From NCBI GenBank assembly GCA_902763155.1, contig CACWQS010000007.1, forward strand, positions 3,184 through 67,183: DNA of 64,000 bases, read 5' to 3'. Within the stretch, counting starts at the first letter, position 1. Each line of letters starts with the position of its first letter. Shown piece after piece: positions 1-10,007 of the stretch. Below the pieces are notes generated by a model. It worked only from the letters and a program-made list of their open reading frames with translations. It searched no databases and was not told where the DNA came from. Position numbers and translations under genes: made by a program. Source of the stretch: an uncultured Pseudomonadota bacterium. Its GTDB lineage: Bacteria; Pseudomonadota; Alphaproteobacteria; RF32; CAG-239.

Positions 1-794
1 TTGGCAGTGGTTTGCAAAGTTTCTATGAAACCGGAAATAACCGACAGAGGTGTACGTAGTTCATGACTTGCATTAGCTACAAAATCAGAGTGCATTTTTT
101 CAACACTTAAAGATTTACTGATATCATACAATGAAACTACCGCCACGGCGCGTCCTTTGGAAAACCACGGTAATTTGTTTATATGAGCGTATATCTGCAG
201 ATTATTGTGTTCCGGAGCGTGAAATACCAAACGTTCAGATGTTGATTTTCCTTTCAAAATTTTATCAACGGTTGAGATAAATATGTTGGTTGAAAATACA
301 TTATCTATACGTTTACTTACAATATCTTCCCCTAAGAAGTTTCGTGCAGCTAAATTACTACCGGTAATATTTCCTTCACCATCAAGCATCAAAATCGGGT
401 CGGGCAGGGTATCTAGAACGGCTGCATCCGAAACGGTTTGCGCTTCCAAAGTATCGTTTTTAGAAACCCAGAAACGATGAATAGAGTTAATGGCATTAGC
501 CAGTTCTTGCGTATCTTTTTCCGAAAGTTGAATATCATTGATAGTATTTTGCTCCGATGTCAATGAATATACATATTTACGCAAAGCCTGCATCTCATAA
601 CTGATCGGAAATAGAGAAAACATATTGAAAATAATGATGATAATGTAGCATATAAGACTGGTCAGAGGAGTAAGAAAGTTTAATAAAGTTAATGTAAGAA
701 AAAGCAGAGCAGAGGGGAGAGATAAAATAATTACTCTGGTTGAAAACTGTGAATCTCGGTCTATTCCCATGATAGATTTTAAATGATGTTGCAT
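1..794 (-). CDS. phoR: PhoR-like sensor histidine kinase (N-terminal part; runs off the window start)
   Basis: Manual translation: ATG at 794 after a GAGG RBS, two N-terminal TM segments, a PAS-like region, then H-box DFVANASHELRTPLSVISGFIETL. Confidence 0.8.
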   Translation of the reverse strand, partial: MQHHLKSIMGIDRDSQFSTRVIILSLPSALLFLTLTLLNFLTPLTSLICYIIIIIFNMFSLFPISYEMQALRKYVYSLTSEQNTINDIQLSEKDTQELANAINSIHRFWVSKNDTLEAQTVSDAAVLDTLPDPILMLDGEGNITGSNLAARNFLGEDIVSKRIDNVFSTNIFISTVDKILKGKSTSERLVFHAPEHNNLQIYAHINKLPWFSKGRAVAVVSLYDISKSLSVEKMHSDFVANASHELRTPLSVISGFIETLQTTA

Positions 795-899
795 AACTTT
801 ATTATTCCTCTTGGTAAAATTTGTAAAAATACTAGACTAAGCTTAAAAATATTGTAATATGTAATAAGTTTAAATAGATTTAATTTTTAGTGGCAAGAT

Positions 900-3590
900 A
901 TGACGAAAGAAAACGATTTATCTCCCGGAATGGTGCAATATTTGGCTATAAAAGAGCAATATCCGGATTATTTGCTTTTTTATCGTATGGGTGATTTTTA
1001 TGAAATGTTTTTTGATGATGCCAAAAAAGCAGCCAAGGCCTTGGATATTGCTCTCACAAAGCGGGGAAAAGCTTTTGGCGAAGATGTGCCTTTATGCGGA
1101 GTGCCGTTTCATGCCTATGAGGGATATTTGGCCAAACTTATAAAACAGGGCTTCAAGGTTGCTATATGTGAACAGATGGAAGATCCTAAAGAGGCAAAAA
1201 AACGCGGTTCTAAATCAGTTGTTCAACGTGATGTGATACGGCTTGTTACCGGCGGAACCATTACCGAGGAAACATTACTTGATTCGCGCAAGAATAATTT
1301 TTTGCTCGGTGTGGTTAAGGTTAACAACGGTTTCGGTTTAGCTTGGGTGGATTTATCTACCGGAGTTTTTTATACTCAGGAAATCAGCGTAACGGAACAA
1401 AATGAGGCTACCGAATTGTATAGTGTGTTTTCTCGTTTACAACCTGAAGAAATTTTGGTTGCCGACAGTATCCTCGAAAAAGCGGATTTGTTCCGTTTGT
1501 TGAATGAATATCGGGATAAGTTATCGATATTACCACAGGCACGTTTTAATTTTGACGGAGCGAAAAAACGCATCTTAGATTTTTATAACGTTAACACTTT
1601 GGAGGCTTTCGGGGCTTTCGGCAGAGCCGAAATTATGGCCGCCGGTGTGGTTTTGGACTATATTCAAACTACCCAAAAACAACAAATGCCGCATATTAGT
1701 CGTCCAATAAAGATTGTCAGTAATCAATACATGGAGATAGATGCGGCAACACAACATAATTTGGATTTAATCGAGGGTCCGAAAGGAACAAATTTATTAT
1801 CGGTAATTGATCGCACATTATCGGGTACCGGTGCGCGTATGCTTGCCAATCGCCTCATAAATCCGTTGTTGGATGTAACGGAGATAAATAAGCGACTTGA
1901 TGCGATAGATTTTTTCATGCAATATGCTGATGTGCGGGAAAATATACGAGAGATACTAAAATGTATGCCTGATGCGGAACGTTCGTTGGGGCGTTTGGGA
2001 GTGGGGCGAGGAGGACCGCGCGACCTTAAAGCTGTTTTAATCGCTTTATCATTATTACCAAAAATTCGTAAAAGTATTGAAGCATTCAGAAATGCTGACA
2101 TAGTGGCAAATAATATGCCTGATGCAATCAACGAAATATTACAAAATTTCGGTGAGCATTATCAACTTATAAATACTTTGGCTACCGCTTTAAAAGATGT
2201 TGATGAAGAAGGTAATCCTTTTGTCTTACCGGCACTGGCTCGAGAAGGTGGATTTATTAAACGCGGTTTCAGCGCCAATTTTGATGCTGTGTGTGATATG
2301 CGCGATAAAGGCGGGCAAAATATCTTAGGCATGCAAGACAAATATGTAGCAGAGACCGGCATTGATAAACTTAAAATCAAATACAATAATATTATCGGCT
2401 ATTTTATTGAAGTTCCGAATAATTTTACTACAAAACTGCTTGATAATCCGCGTTTTATTCATCGGCAATCGGTTTTGAATGCCACTCGTTTTACTACCGT
2501 GGAATTAACGGAGCTTGAAAATGAATGTCGTGGTGCCGCAGAGAGAGCTCTGGCCATGGAGATGCAACTGTATGATGGATTAGTGCGCGATGTTTTGTTA
2601 GCGGCAGATGATATTATTCGTGCGGTTAATGCGGTTGCGTCATTGGACGTTGCCGCTGCTTTGGCTGATTTGGCATTGGAAAATAATTATTGTCGTCCGA
2701 TTTTGGATAATGGTTTGGAATTTGAAATTACAGAAGGGCGGCATCCGATGGTTGAAGCCGCACTTAAAAAAGACGGTAATGATGTCTTTGTCAGTAATAA
2801 TTGTTCGGTTAATGCCGAAAATAATCGTCTGTGGCTGATTACCGGACCGAATATGGCGGGAAAATCAACGTTTTTACGGCAAAATGCCATTATTGCCATT
2901 ATGGCGCAAATGGGCTCATACGTTCCGGCAAAGGCCGCTCATATCGGTATTGTCAATAAGGTATTTTCAAGAGTGGGGGCATCTGATGATTTATCGCGCG
3001 GGCGTTCGACATTTATGGTAGAAATGGTGGAAACTGCCTCTATTTTGAACCGTGCCGACGAACATTCTTTTGTGATTATCGATGAAATCGGGCGTGGTAC
3101 GGCTACGTTTGACGGGTTGTCTATTGCTTGGGCCGTGGCGGAATATTTGCACAATGTAAATCGCTGTCGAACACTTTTTGCCACCCATTATCATGAGCTG
3201 ACAAATTTAGCAGACAGGTTGCCGGCTTTGTCTTTACATTGTATGAAAATTAAAGAGTTTAATAATCAGGTAGTGTTTTTACACGAGGTGATTAAAGGCT
3301 CAGCCGATAGGTCTTACGGTATTCATGTGGCAAATTTAGCCGGATTACCGAAAGAAGTTATCCGTCGTGCCGATCAGGTTTTGAAAAAGTTGGAAAAGGA
3401 AAATCAGCAAAATAACGCCCTAGATTTAGCCAACGAATTGCCGTTATTTGACTATCAACCGCCGATGTTTGAAGTAACGAAACCTTCGGCTGTGGAAGAG
3501 GCATTAAAGAATATCAATCCGGATAATTTGAGCGCCCGTGAGGCATTGGATAAAATCTATGAACTGAAAGAACTATTGAAAGAAGACTAA
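900..3590 (+). CDS. mutS: DNA mismatch repair protein MutS
   Basis: [13 protein letters not shown] mismatch-binding motif, P-loop [29 protein letters not shown]. Confidence 0.98.
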   Translation: MTKENDLSPGMVQYLAIKEQYPDYLLFYRMGDFYEMFFDDAKKAAKALDIALTKRGKAFGEDVPLCGVPFHAYEGYLAKLIKQGFKVAICEQMEDPKEAKKRGSKSVVQRDVIRLVTGGTITEETLLDSRKNNFLLGVVKVNNGFGLAWVDLSTGVFYTQEISVTEQNEATELYSVFSRLQPEEILVADSILEKADLFRLLNEYRDKLSILPQARFNFDGAKKRILDFYNVNTLEAFGAFGRAEIMAAGVVLDYIQTTQKQQMPHISRPIKIVSNQYMEIDAATQHNLDLIEGPKGTNLLSVIDRTLSGTGARMLANRLINPLLDVTEINKRLDAIDFFMQYADVRENIREILKCMPDAERSLGRLGVGRGGPRDLKAVLIALSLLPKIRKSIEAFRNADIVANNMPDAINEILQNFGEHYQLINTLATALKDVDEEGNPFVLPALAREGGFIKRGFSANFDAVCDMRDKGGQNILGMQDKYVAETGIDKLKIKYNNIIGYFIEVPNNFTTKLLDNPRFIHRQSVLNATRFTTVELTELENECRGAAERALAMEMQLYDGLVRDVLLAADDIIRAVNAVASLDVAAALADLALENNYCRPILDNGLEFEITEGRHPMVEAALKKDGNDVFVSNNCSVNAENNRLWLITGPNMAGKSTFLRQNAIIAIMAQMGSYVPAKAAHIGIVNKVFSRVGASDDLSRGRSTFMVEMVETASILNRADEHSFVIIDEIGRGTATFDGLSIAWAVAEYLHNVNRCRTLFATHYHELTNLADRLPALSLHCMKIKEFNNQVVFLHEVIKGSADRSYGIHVANLAGLPKEVIRRADQVLKKLEKENQQNNALDLANELPLFDYQPPMFEVTKPSAVEEALKNINPDNLSAREALDKIYELKELLKED

Positions 3591-3591
3591 A

Positions 3592-3996
3592 ATGAAAGTT
3601 GAAGATTTTTTTGAAGAATATAAGCAATATGTGGCTTCCGTAACCTCTGAAACCGCTCTTAGTGATGAGTTGTTTTCCAAGCATCTTACCGAACTTTCAA
3701 AATTATTGAACGGTAACTATGCGCGTCTTGACCATGCTATTACCGGACTTACCGGTGAAGCTGGCGAGGTGGCTGACGTGTGGAAAAAGGTTAAATATAT
3801 GGGGTTGGAATATAATGCCGAAACCAGAGAAAAAATGATTAAAGAGTTGGGAGATGTGTGTTGGTATTTGATGAGTGCCGCCACAGCGCTTGACATTCCT
3901 TTTGATGAAATTATCAATCGTAATATTGAAAAGCTCAAAGCTCGTCATCCCAATGGTTTTTCCAGTAGCTATCTGCAGCAGAAGAAAGGGGCGTAG
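3592..3996 (+). CDS. MazG-like nucleoside triphosphate pyrophosphohydrolase
   Basis: GLTGEAGEVAD...KELGDVCWY...NIEKLKARHP all-alpha NTP-PPase motif. Confidence 0.88.
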   Translation: MKVEDFFEEYKQYVASVTSETALSDELFSKHLTELSKLLNGNYARLDHAITGLTGEAGEVADVWKKVKYMGLEYNAETREKMIKELGDVCWYLMSAATALDIPFDEIINRNIEKLKARHPNGFSSSYLQQKKGA

Positions 3997-6174
3997 ATGG
4001 CTGAAATTGTCGGTGTTTTGCTACCGCTTCCGTTTGATAAACCGTTTGATTATATAACTGAAACTTCGCTTAAAATCGGGCAGTTGGTGGAAGTCCCGTT
4101 TGGCAAAGAAAAGCAAATCGGTGTGGTCTGGGAAACCAAACAAGATACTGATATTACAGCAGAAAAAATAAAAAAAATCTCAAAAATTTTTGAATTTGAA
4201 CCTCTTAAAGAAAGCCTGTTACAATTTATTAAATGGGTGGCAAATTACAATATGGCGCCGTTAGGAGCGGTGTTTAAAATGGTTATCAGCGTGCGTTCGG
4301 TGTTTGAACCGTCGCCGATGACCGTGCTTTATACCTTGTCGGGCAAAACCTTAGCTGAAGCTAAATTGAAGAATTCCGACGCCCGTTGGCATGTCATGGA
4401 TTTGTTAAAGCATGCGCCTTATACCAGGCCGGAAATTGCTGCCGGAGCAGGTGTAAGTGACAGTGTGATTAAGACACTTATAGATGCCGGTGTATTGGCA
4501 CCGATTTATGTGGAAAATAAGCGCGAATTTTTAGAGCCGGTAGGAGATTTTGCTAAAGTAGAATTGATGCCGGAGCAACAAAATGCCGCAGATGTATTGT
4601 GCCAAAAGGTCGGCAGCGGTTTTTCGGTTACGCTTTTGGATGGTATAACCGGTTCCGGTAAGACTGAAGTTTATTTTGAAGCCGTGGCGAAAACGTTAGA
4701 TGAAGGAAAGCAGGTACTAATTTTGGTGCCGGAAATTTCGCTGACTTCTCAATGGTTGGAGCGCTTTCAAAAGCGGTTTGGCGTGCGTCCGGCAAGTTGG
4801 CATTCCGGTTTGAGCGCCAAAGAACGTACCGATACGTGGAAAGCCGTGATTGAAGGGCGGGTTAAGGTTTTGGTCGGTGCGCGGTCGGCACTGTTCTTGC
4901 CATATACCAATTTGGGGTTGATAGTGATTGATGAGAGTCACGACCATTCGTTCAAGCAAGAGGATGCCGTTAATTATCAAGGGCGCGATATGGCGATAGT
5001 GCGTGCCAATATTGAGCATTTGCCGGTTATTCTTTCAACTGCAACGCCTGATTTGGAAACCATAGTTAACGTAGAAAACGGTAAGTACGACTGCGTAAAA
5101 TTGCAGAGCCGCTATGCCGACGCCGAACTACCGGAAGTTAAAATTGTCGATTTGAAGAAAGACCGGCCGCAAAAAGGCGAGTGGGGTGTTTCGTGGTTGG
5201 CGCCGAGTTTGGTGCAGGCGTTGCAGAAAAATTTAGAGAAGGGGGAACAGTCGGTGCTGTTTCTTAATCGCCGCGGTTATGCACCTCTGCTTATTTGCCG
5301 CGAATGCGGGCATCGGATGCAATGTCCGAGTTGCAGTGCGTGGCTGACAGAACACCGTGCGGCGCAAAAGTTGATGTGCCACCATTGCGGCTATGTTGAT
5401 GAAATCCCGCAAGCATGTCCGCATTGTGGTTCAACCGATGGATTAACGGCTTGCGGTCCCGGGGTGGAGCGCGTGGCAGAGGAGGCGACGCACCGGTTTA
5501 AAAACGCTAAAATTGCTATATTATCGAGTGATAATGCCGGTTCTTTTACTGCCGTTTCCGATATTATCAATAAAATGCAACGCCGCGAGATAGATATTTT
5601 GGTCGGTACGCAGATTATCGCCAAAGGGCACCATTTCCCTGATTTGACATTGGTGGGAATTGTTGATGCTGATTTAGGCTTGATGGGAAGCGATTTAAGA
5701 GCCTCGGAACAAACGTATCAGTTATTGAGCCAAGTAGCGGGACGAGCAGGGCGCGGCGATAAAAAAGGAACGGTAATGGTGCAAACTTTATATCCGGAAA
5801 ACAATGTGTTAAAGGCGCTTCTTAACGGCGATAGAAATACATTTTTAAATTTAGAAAAATCGAGTCGGCAAATGCTGCATTATCCGCCATACGGAAAATT
5901 GGCGGCGATTATCATTTCCGGTGCTAATCAGGTGCAGACGGGGCAGGTGGCGGCGGCTTTCGGTAAAACTGCGCCGCAGACGAATGATATTGAGGTTTTA
6001 GGTCCGGCACCGGCTCCGTTGTTTTTGTTGCGTGACAAATATCGCTATCGTCTGATGCTGAAAACTTCGCGCAATATAAATATTCAGCAAGTGTTGGCTA
6101 AATGGCGGCAAATGGTGCGTGTGCCGTCAACGGTGAAAGTGGAAATTGATATCGATCCGTATTCTTTTATGTAA
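3997..6174 (+). CDS. priA: Primosomal protein N' (replication restart helicase)
   Basis: GITGSGKTEVY, DESH, LNRRGY, four CxxC zinc motifs, VLGPAPAP, DIDPYSFM C-terminus. Confidence 0.97.
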   Translation: MAEIVGVLLPLPFDKPFDYITETSLKIGQLVEVPFGKEKQIGVVWETKQDTDITAEKIKKISKIFEFEPLKESLLQFIKWVANYNMAPLGAVFKMVISVRSVFEPSPMTVLYTLSGKTLAEAKLKNSDARWHVMDLLKHAPYTRPEIAAGAGVSDSVIKTLIDAGVLAPIYVENKREFLEPVGDFAKVELMPEQQNAADVLCQKVGSGFSVTLLDGITGSGKTEVYFEAVAKTLDEGKQVLILVPEISLTSQWLERFQKRFGVRPASWHSGLSAKERTDTWKAVIEGRVKVLVGARSALFLPYTNLGLIVIDESHDHSFKQEDAVNYQGRDMAIVRANIEHLPVILSTATPDLETIVNVENGKYDCVKLQSRYADAELPEVKIVDLKKDRPQKGEWGVSWLAPSLVQALQKNLEKGEQSVLFLNRRGYAPLLICRECGHRMQCPSCSAWLTEHRAAQKLMCHHCGYVDEIPQACPHCGSTDGLTACGPGVERVAEEATHRFKNAKIAILSSDNAGSFTAVSDIINKMQRREIDILVGTQIIAKGHHFPDLTLVGIVDADLGLMGSDLRASEQTYQLLSQVAGRAGRGDKKGTVMVQTLYPENNVLKALLNGDRNTFLNLEKSSRQMLHYPPYGKLAAIIISGANQVQTGQVAAAFGKTAPQTNDIEVLGPAPAPLFLLRDKYRYRLMLKTSRNINIQQVLAKWRQMVRVPSTVKVEIDIDPYSFM

Positions 6175-6193
6175 AAAACTTACAAAAAACCAC

Positions 6194-6222
6194 TTGACAA
6201 AATGGGAAATTTTTGCTAATTT
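6194..6222 (+). promoter_or_regulatory. Sigma70-type promoter upstream of leader A
   Basis: TTGACA (6194-6199), 17 nt spacer, then TAATTT preceded by TG. Confidence 0.65.
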
Positions 6223-6230
6223 GGACTTAA

Positions 6231-6476
6231 GCAAGGTGAAAAGACTTGCCCGAGGTGTGGAAACCTCTTTGAGAGCGTCAATGCAAGACGTTAAATTTTG
6301 CAGGCCCGATGGTTATCTTTATGTGATGATCGGTGGGCGGCAAAATAAGCCGTTTTACAAAGACATCATATAAATATTCTAGACAAATATATGGCTGTTT
6401 AGGCCAATATGTCGCACTATTCTCTCAAATAGTTTCCAACCGCCGGTCGCTTTTCATTAAGCGACTAGTTTTTTTT
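6231..6476 (+). ncRNA. c4/CI-like antisense RNA-attenuator leader A
   Basis: GAAAAGA-loop hairpin (6231-6249); b1 hairpin with TGGAAAC (6258-6264) and a1 TTTGAGAG (6268-6275), complementary to a' CTCTCAAA (6422-6429) and b' GTTTCCA (6432-6438); P1 GATCGGTGG/CCGCCGGTC; terminal hairpin plus T8. Confidence 0.75.
6445..6476 (+). terminator. Conditional intrinsic terminator (attenuator) at the end of leader A
   Basis: GGTCGC-TTTTCATTAA-GCGACT followed by AG and T8, immediately upstream of the RBS of the 6502 gene. Confidence 0.7.
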
Positions 6477-6501
6477 GTTTATGGCGAAAAGGAGAACGAC
6501 G

Positions 6502-8196
6502 ATGAGTAGAGAAGAAGATAGAGAAACTTTGGAAAAGTTTTTTAATTGTGTCAGAGAGCAGAATTATCAAGATATTGAAGAAGCATATAAAGCCGTATGC
6601 AAAATGCCGGAATGTTATAGTCCTGATGCTCAATATCACACCTATGGAAAAGCTTACTATATAGATGAAAGAATTTATCCAACCGAAAATAATGTAGATT
6701 TTCATCCGTATATTAAAGGTTATTATGATATGGCAGTTACAGAACAGATGAGTTGGGGAATAGAAGTTTCAAGAGACTTAAAAAGGATAAAAAAGTATAA
6801 TGATTCAGCCGAGTTTGATGGAACTCGTGAATTAGTATTCTTTTTGAATAATTATCGCTATCTTAAAGATACATTAGAAAAACAGGGAAAAGAAATTTTC
6901 AGACCGGATACTTTTGATAAATATCCGTTTTTGGAAGATTATGTTAAAGGAATTTTCCGAGATGATTATGATAGTGTTACGCAAGATGCTGCACAATGCA
7001 AAACAATACCAGAATTAGTTAAAAACAAAGATGCGGTAAATAATTATTGTAATAGAGGTATCTTTGTATATAACCCAACAGAATATTGGGATAATATAGA
7101 AAAAAGGTATGAAGAATGGGGAAAACAAAAATGGCGTGAAATATATACGGAGGCTGAAAATGAAACTTTCAAACAAGGAAATATAGCTACGCTTTCAGAC
7201 GAAGAAAAGAAATTTATATTAGAAAATACCGAAAACGCAGATAGAGCTATTGCAGTTGGCAAAACAGTGAGTAATGAAGTTCTGGATAATTGGGATAATC
7301 CGGTTTTAAAGGCAGAAATTCTTTTTGCAAGAGCGGAAAAACCGGAAAAACTTTCAGATGAAGATAAAGAATTTATATTAAAATGGAGTGAGTCAGATAA
7401 AACCCTTGAGGCTGTTGCTAAGGTGTATGATTTTAAAGCACAATCCGGTGAAAAACTAAAGGTATTACTTCGTTGTGTTGAGCATAAAGAAATTCGTAAA
7501 GATATTGCCAAAGAATATATAGACTCGTGCAAGGGGGATGTTGCTTACAGTTTTCCGATTTCTCGAGTTTTTACCAAAGAAGAATTTGAGCAAGCAGTTG
7601 AAGATTATAAAATCACGCAATATCGTCGTGAAAACGAGAAGTTGAGTGCTGAAAATACGCAATTAAAAGAAGAACATAAAAACGTAGAAAAAGCAAAAAC
7701 AGAACTTGCCGATGAGCAGACGAAATTTCAGCGTTATGTTAATGACAAAAGCGCAGAACTTAAAGCTAAAAGTGAGCAGCTTGGTTTTCAAAAAGATATT
7801 CCGGTTGTTTGTTTAGGCTCGCAAAAAGAGGTTGATTCTTTTGCTCCTGAGCGCAAAAAAGAACTTTTCGCCAAGATGAAAGAGGAAATGTTGAAAAACC
7901 CGAATTTAAGGGAAGGGCATTTGGTCGGAATGTGTAAAATTTATGTTTCCGAAACCAATACACCGGAACAGAAAGCCGAGTATTTTGAAGGTTTGCACGA
8001 AGTTCGTAAATCTGGAACAACTAATGCCGAAAAACGCGAAATGGCGCGCACTTTTGGCCGCGTTTTAGAGCGCAATCAGGAATTAGCCAAAGACGAAGCA
8101 CTAAAAGGTTTGGCTAAGATAGATTACAGCGCCGTTGGATATACACCAACAAAACGCGGCTTTAGTAAAAACAGTAAAAGTGATTTAGAAAAATAA
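6502..8196 (+). CDS. Hypothetical charged/coiled-coil protein, about 564 aa
   Basis: Long ORF; ATG 6502 follows an AAGGAG RBS (the track start 6475 lies inside the terminator); internal repeat; coiled coil near residues 370-430; basic C-terminal tail. Confidence 0.85.
   Translation: MSREEDRETLEKFFNCVREQNYQDIEEAYKAVCKMPECYSPDAQYHTYGKAYYIDERIYPTENNVDFHPYIKGYYDMAVTEQMSWGIEVSRDLKRIKKYNDSAEFDGTRELVFFLNNYRYLKDTLEKQGKEIFRPDTFDKYPFLEDYVKGIFRDDYDSVTQDAAQCKTIPELVKNKDAVNNYCNRGIFVYNPTEYWDNIEKRYEEWGKQKWREIYTEAENETFKQGNIATLSDEEKKFILENTENADRAIAVGKTVSNEVLDNWDNPVLKAEILFARAEKPEKLSDEDKEFILKWSESDKTLEAVAKVYDFKAQSGEKLKVLLRCVEHKEIRKDIAKEYIDSCKGDVAYSFPISRVFTKEEFEQAVEDYKITQYRRENEKLSAENTQLKEEHKNVEKAKTELADEQTKFQRYVNDKSAELKAKSEQLGFQKDIPVVCLGSQKEVDSFAPERKKELFAKMKEEMLKNPNLREGHLVGMCKIYVSETNTPEQKAEYFEGLHEVRKSGTTNAEKREMARTFGRVLERNQELAKDEALKGLAKIDYSAVGYTPTKRGFSKNSKSDLEK
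7192..7383 (+). repeat. Intragenic direct repeat (2 copies)
   Basis: ctttcagacgaagaaaagaaatttatatta (7192) vs ctttcagatgaagataaagaatttatatta (7351); LSDEEKKFIL / LSDEDKEFIL. Confidence 0.75.
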
Positions 8197-8212
8197 AAAC
8201 TTAAATTCCAGC

Positions 8213-8250
8213 AAAAGCGCATGGGTTGTATAATCGGTGCGTTTTTGTTT
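8213..8250 (+). terminator. Probable intrinsic terminator after the 6502 gene
   Basis: aaaagcgcatgggtt-gtat-aatcggtgcgtttttg imperfect hairpin with T-tract. Confidence 0.55.
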
Positions 8251-8339
8251 TATATGTTTTTTTATCGCGATACATCTCAAATTCTTAAAAACTTATAACT
8301 AATCATAAAATTTCTAAACGGGGATTTAGATAATGATAT

Positions 8340-8367
8340 TTGTCGCATAATGTATATTATGTATAGT
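8340..8367 (+). other. dif: dif site (XerC/XerD chromosome dimer resolution site)
   Basis: TTGTCGCATAA-TGTATA-TTATGTATAGT; 19 contiguous bases (CGCATAATGTATATTATGT) identical to E. coli dif; intergenic between convergent genes; KOPS polarity flips here. Confidence 0.92.
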
Positions 8368-8420
8368 TACATACATGTGAAAACTTAATTTAGTTCATTA
8401 TTGCTCAAAATATCATGCAG

Positions 8421-10007
8421 TTAAATCAGCGATGCGTTAATAAGTTGGCGCGTATATTGTTGCTGCGGATTTTCAAAAATTTGCTTTACATTACCAACTT
8501 CTACAACAACGCCGTTTTGCATAACTATAACTCTGTGAGAAATTGCTTTAACAGCGCTCATATCATGAGAAATAAAAATATATGATAACTCATATTTTTT
8601 TTGCAAACATTTTAGTAACTCAACAATTTGTGCTTGTACCGTTACATCTAAGGCTGACGTAGGTTCATCTAATAATACAATTTGTGGGCGCAAAATCAAA
8701 GCTCTGGCTAAAGCAATACGTTGACGTTGACCGCCGGAAAACTCATGCGGATACTTATTTAAAACCTCTGGTGATAATTCAACATCTTGTAAAATCTGCA
8801 AAATTTTCTGTTCTTTTTCTTCATTTGTCATATTTTTGTAATGCACATTTAAGCCTTCACCTATGATATCGCGCACATTCATGCGCGGATTAAGTGAATT
8901 GTAAGGATCTTGAAAAACAATTTGTATATCTTTATTAAATAGTTTATTTTCTTGAAATATATTATTGTTTTTAATGTATATTTTTCCTTTGTGTTTTATA
9001 AGATTAACTAAAGACATCGCTAGTGTGGTTTTACCGGAGCCGGACTCGCCTACTATACCTAAAGTTTCTGCTTTCCCCAGCTCTAAAGATATGTTATTTA
9101 CGGCCTTTAATTCTTTAATTACCCTACCCCAAAAATTCTTCTTTTGTGGAAATGTTACTTCAATATTTTCGGCTTTTAATATAATATCTTCGTGTTTTTT
9201 ATTATTTGTATTCAATAACAAAGAAGATGATATTAACTTTTTAGTATAATCATCTTGAGGGCGATTGAAAATCTCATCTGCCGAACCATATTCAACGATT
9301 TTTCCCTGATACATAACTGCTATATTATCAGCTATATGGCGAACCAAACGCAAATTATGGCTGATAAAAATGATGCTCATATTCAACTTTTGTTTCAACT
9401 CAAGTAGCAAATTGATAATTTGCTCTTGTATTGTTACATCTAAAGCAGTTGTCGGTTCATCGGCAATCAAGATGCTGGGGTTATTGGCAATTGCCATGGC
9501 AATCATCACTCTTTGCCGCTGACCGCCGGAAAGTTCAAACGGAAAAGCATTTATCTTTTGCTCCGGATTAGGAATTTTCACGGCTTCAAGCAATTCAATT
9601 GTTCTTTTTTTAACTTCTGCGGCTGACATTTTTTGATGTAATGTGATACTTTCGGCAATTTGTTTACCGATTTTATGCAATGGATTGAGCGATGACATCG
9701 GTTCTTGAAAAATAAAAGCAATTTTATTGCCGCGAATATGGCGGAAATTTTCGTTATCTAAACCTATAAGTTCTTGATTTTCAAATATAATTGAAGATTC
9801 TTTGCTATGAGATGCTTTAGGATATGGCAACAGTCCGAGTATGGATAATGCAGTAACCGATTTACCGGAACCGGATTCACCGACAATACCTAATATTTCA
9901 CCTTGACTTAAACATAAATTAGCATCGATAACGGCTTGAAAATGTGTATTATTTTCTCTCTCAAATTTAACTGATAAATGTTTTATTTCCAATAGATTAT
10001 TCATCAA
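8421..10007 (-). CDS. yejF: Peptide ABC transporter dual ATP-binding protein (YejF-like)
   Basis: Two ABC domains: GESGSGKS...LSGGQRQR...DEPTT and GESGSGKT...FSGGQRQR...DEPTS. Confidence 0.85.
   Translation of the reverse strand: MMNNLLEIKHLSVKFERENNTHFQAVIDANLCLSQGEILGIVGESGSGKSVTALSILGLLPYPKASHSKESSIIFENQELIGLDNENFRHIRGNKIAFIFQEPMSSLNPLHKIGKQIAESITLHQKMSAAEVKKRTIELLEAVKIPNPEQKINAFPFELSGGQRQRVMIAMAIANNPSILIADEPTTALDVTIQEQIINLLLELKQKLNMSIIFISHNLRLVRHIADNIAVMYQGKIVEYGSADEIFNRPQDDYTKKLISSSLLLNTNNKKHEDIILKAENIEVTFPQKKNFWGRVIKELKAVNNISLELGKAETLGIVGESGSGKTTLAMSLVNLIKHKGKIYIKNNNIFQENKLFNKDIQIVFQDPYNSLNPRMNVRDIIGEGLNVHYKNMTNEEKEQKILQILQDVELSPEVLNKYPHEFSGGQRQRIALARALILRPQIVLLDEPTSALDVTVQAQIVELLKCLQKKYELSYIFISHDMSAVKAISHRVIVMQNGVVVEVGNVKQIFENPQQQYTRQLINASLI

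Noticed and set aside
6150-6177. Second dif-like site (TTATGTAAAAA) that would bracket the orphan cassette
   Set aside because: Only a XerD-like arm overlapping the priA stop; no XerC arm, and likely chance in AT-rich DNA.
6146-6373. 75-aa ORF across leader A (possible ash/icd-like peptide)
   Set aside because: It starts with TTG inside priA, upstream of the promoter and with no RBS; the region is better explained as structured RNA.
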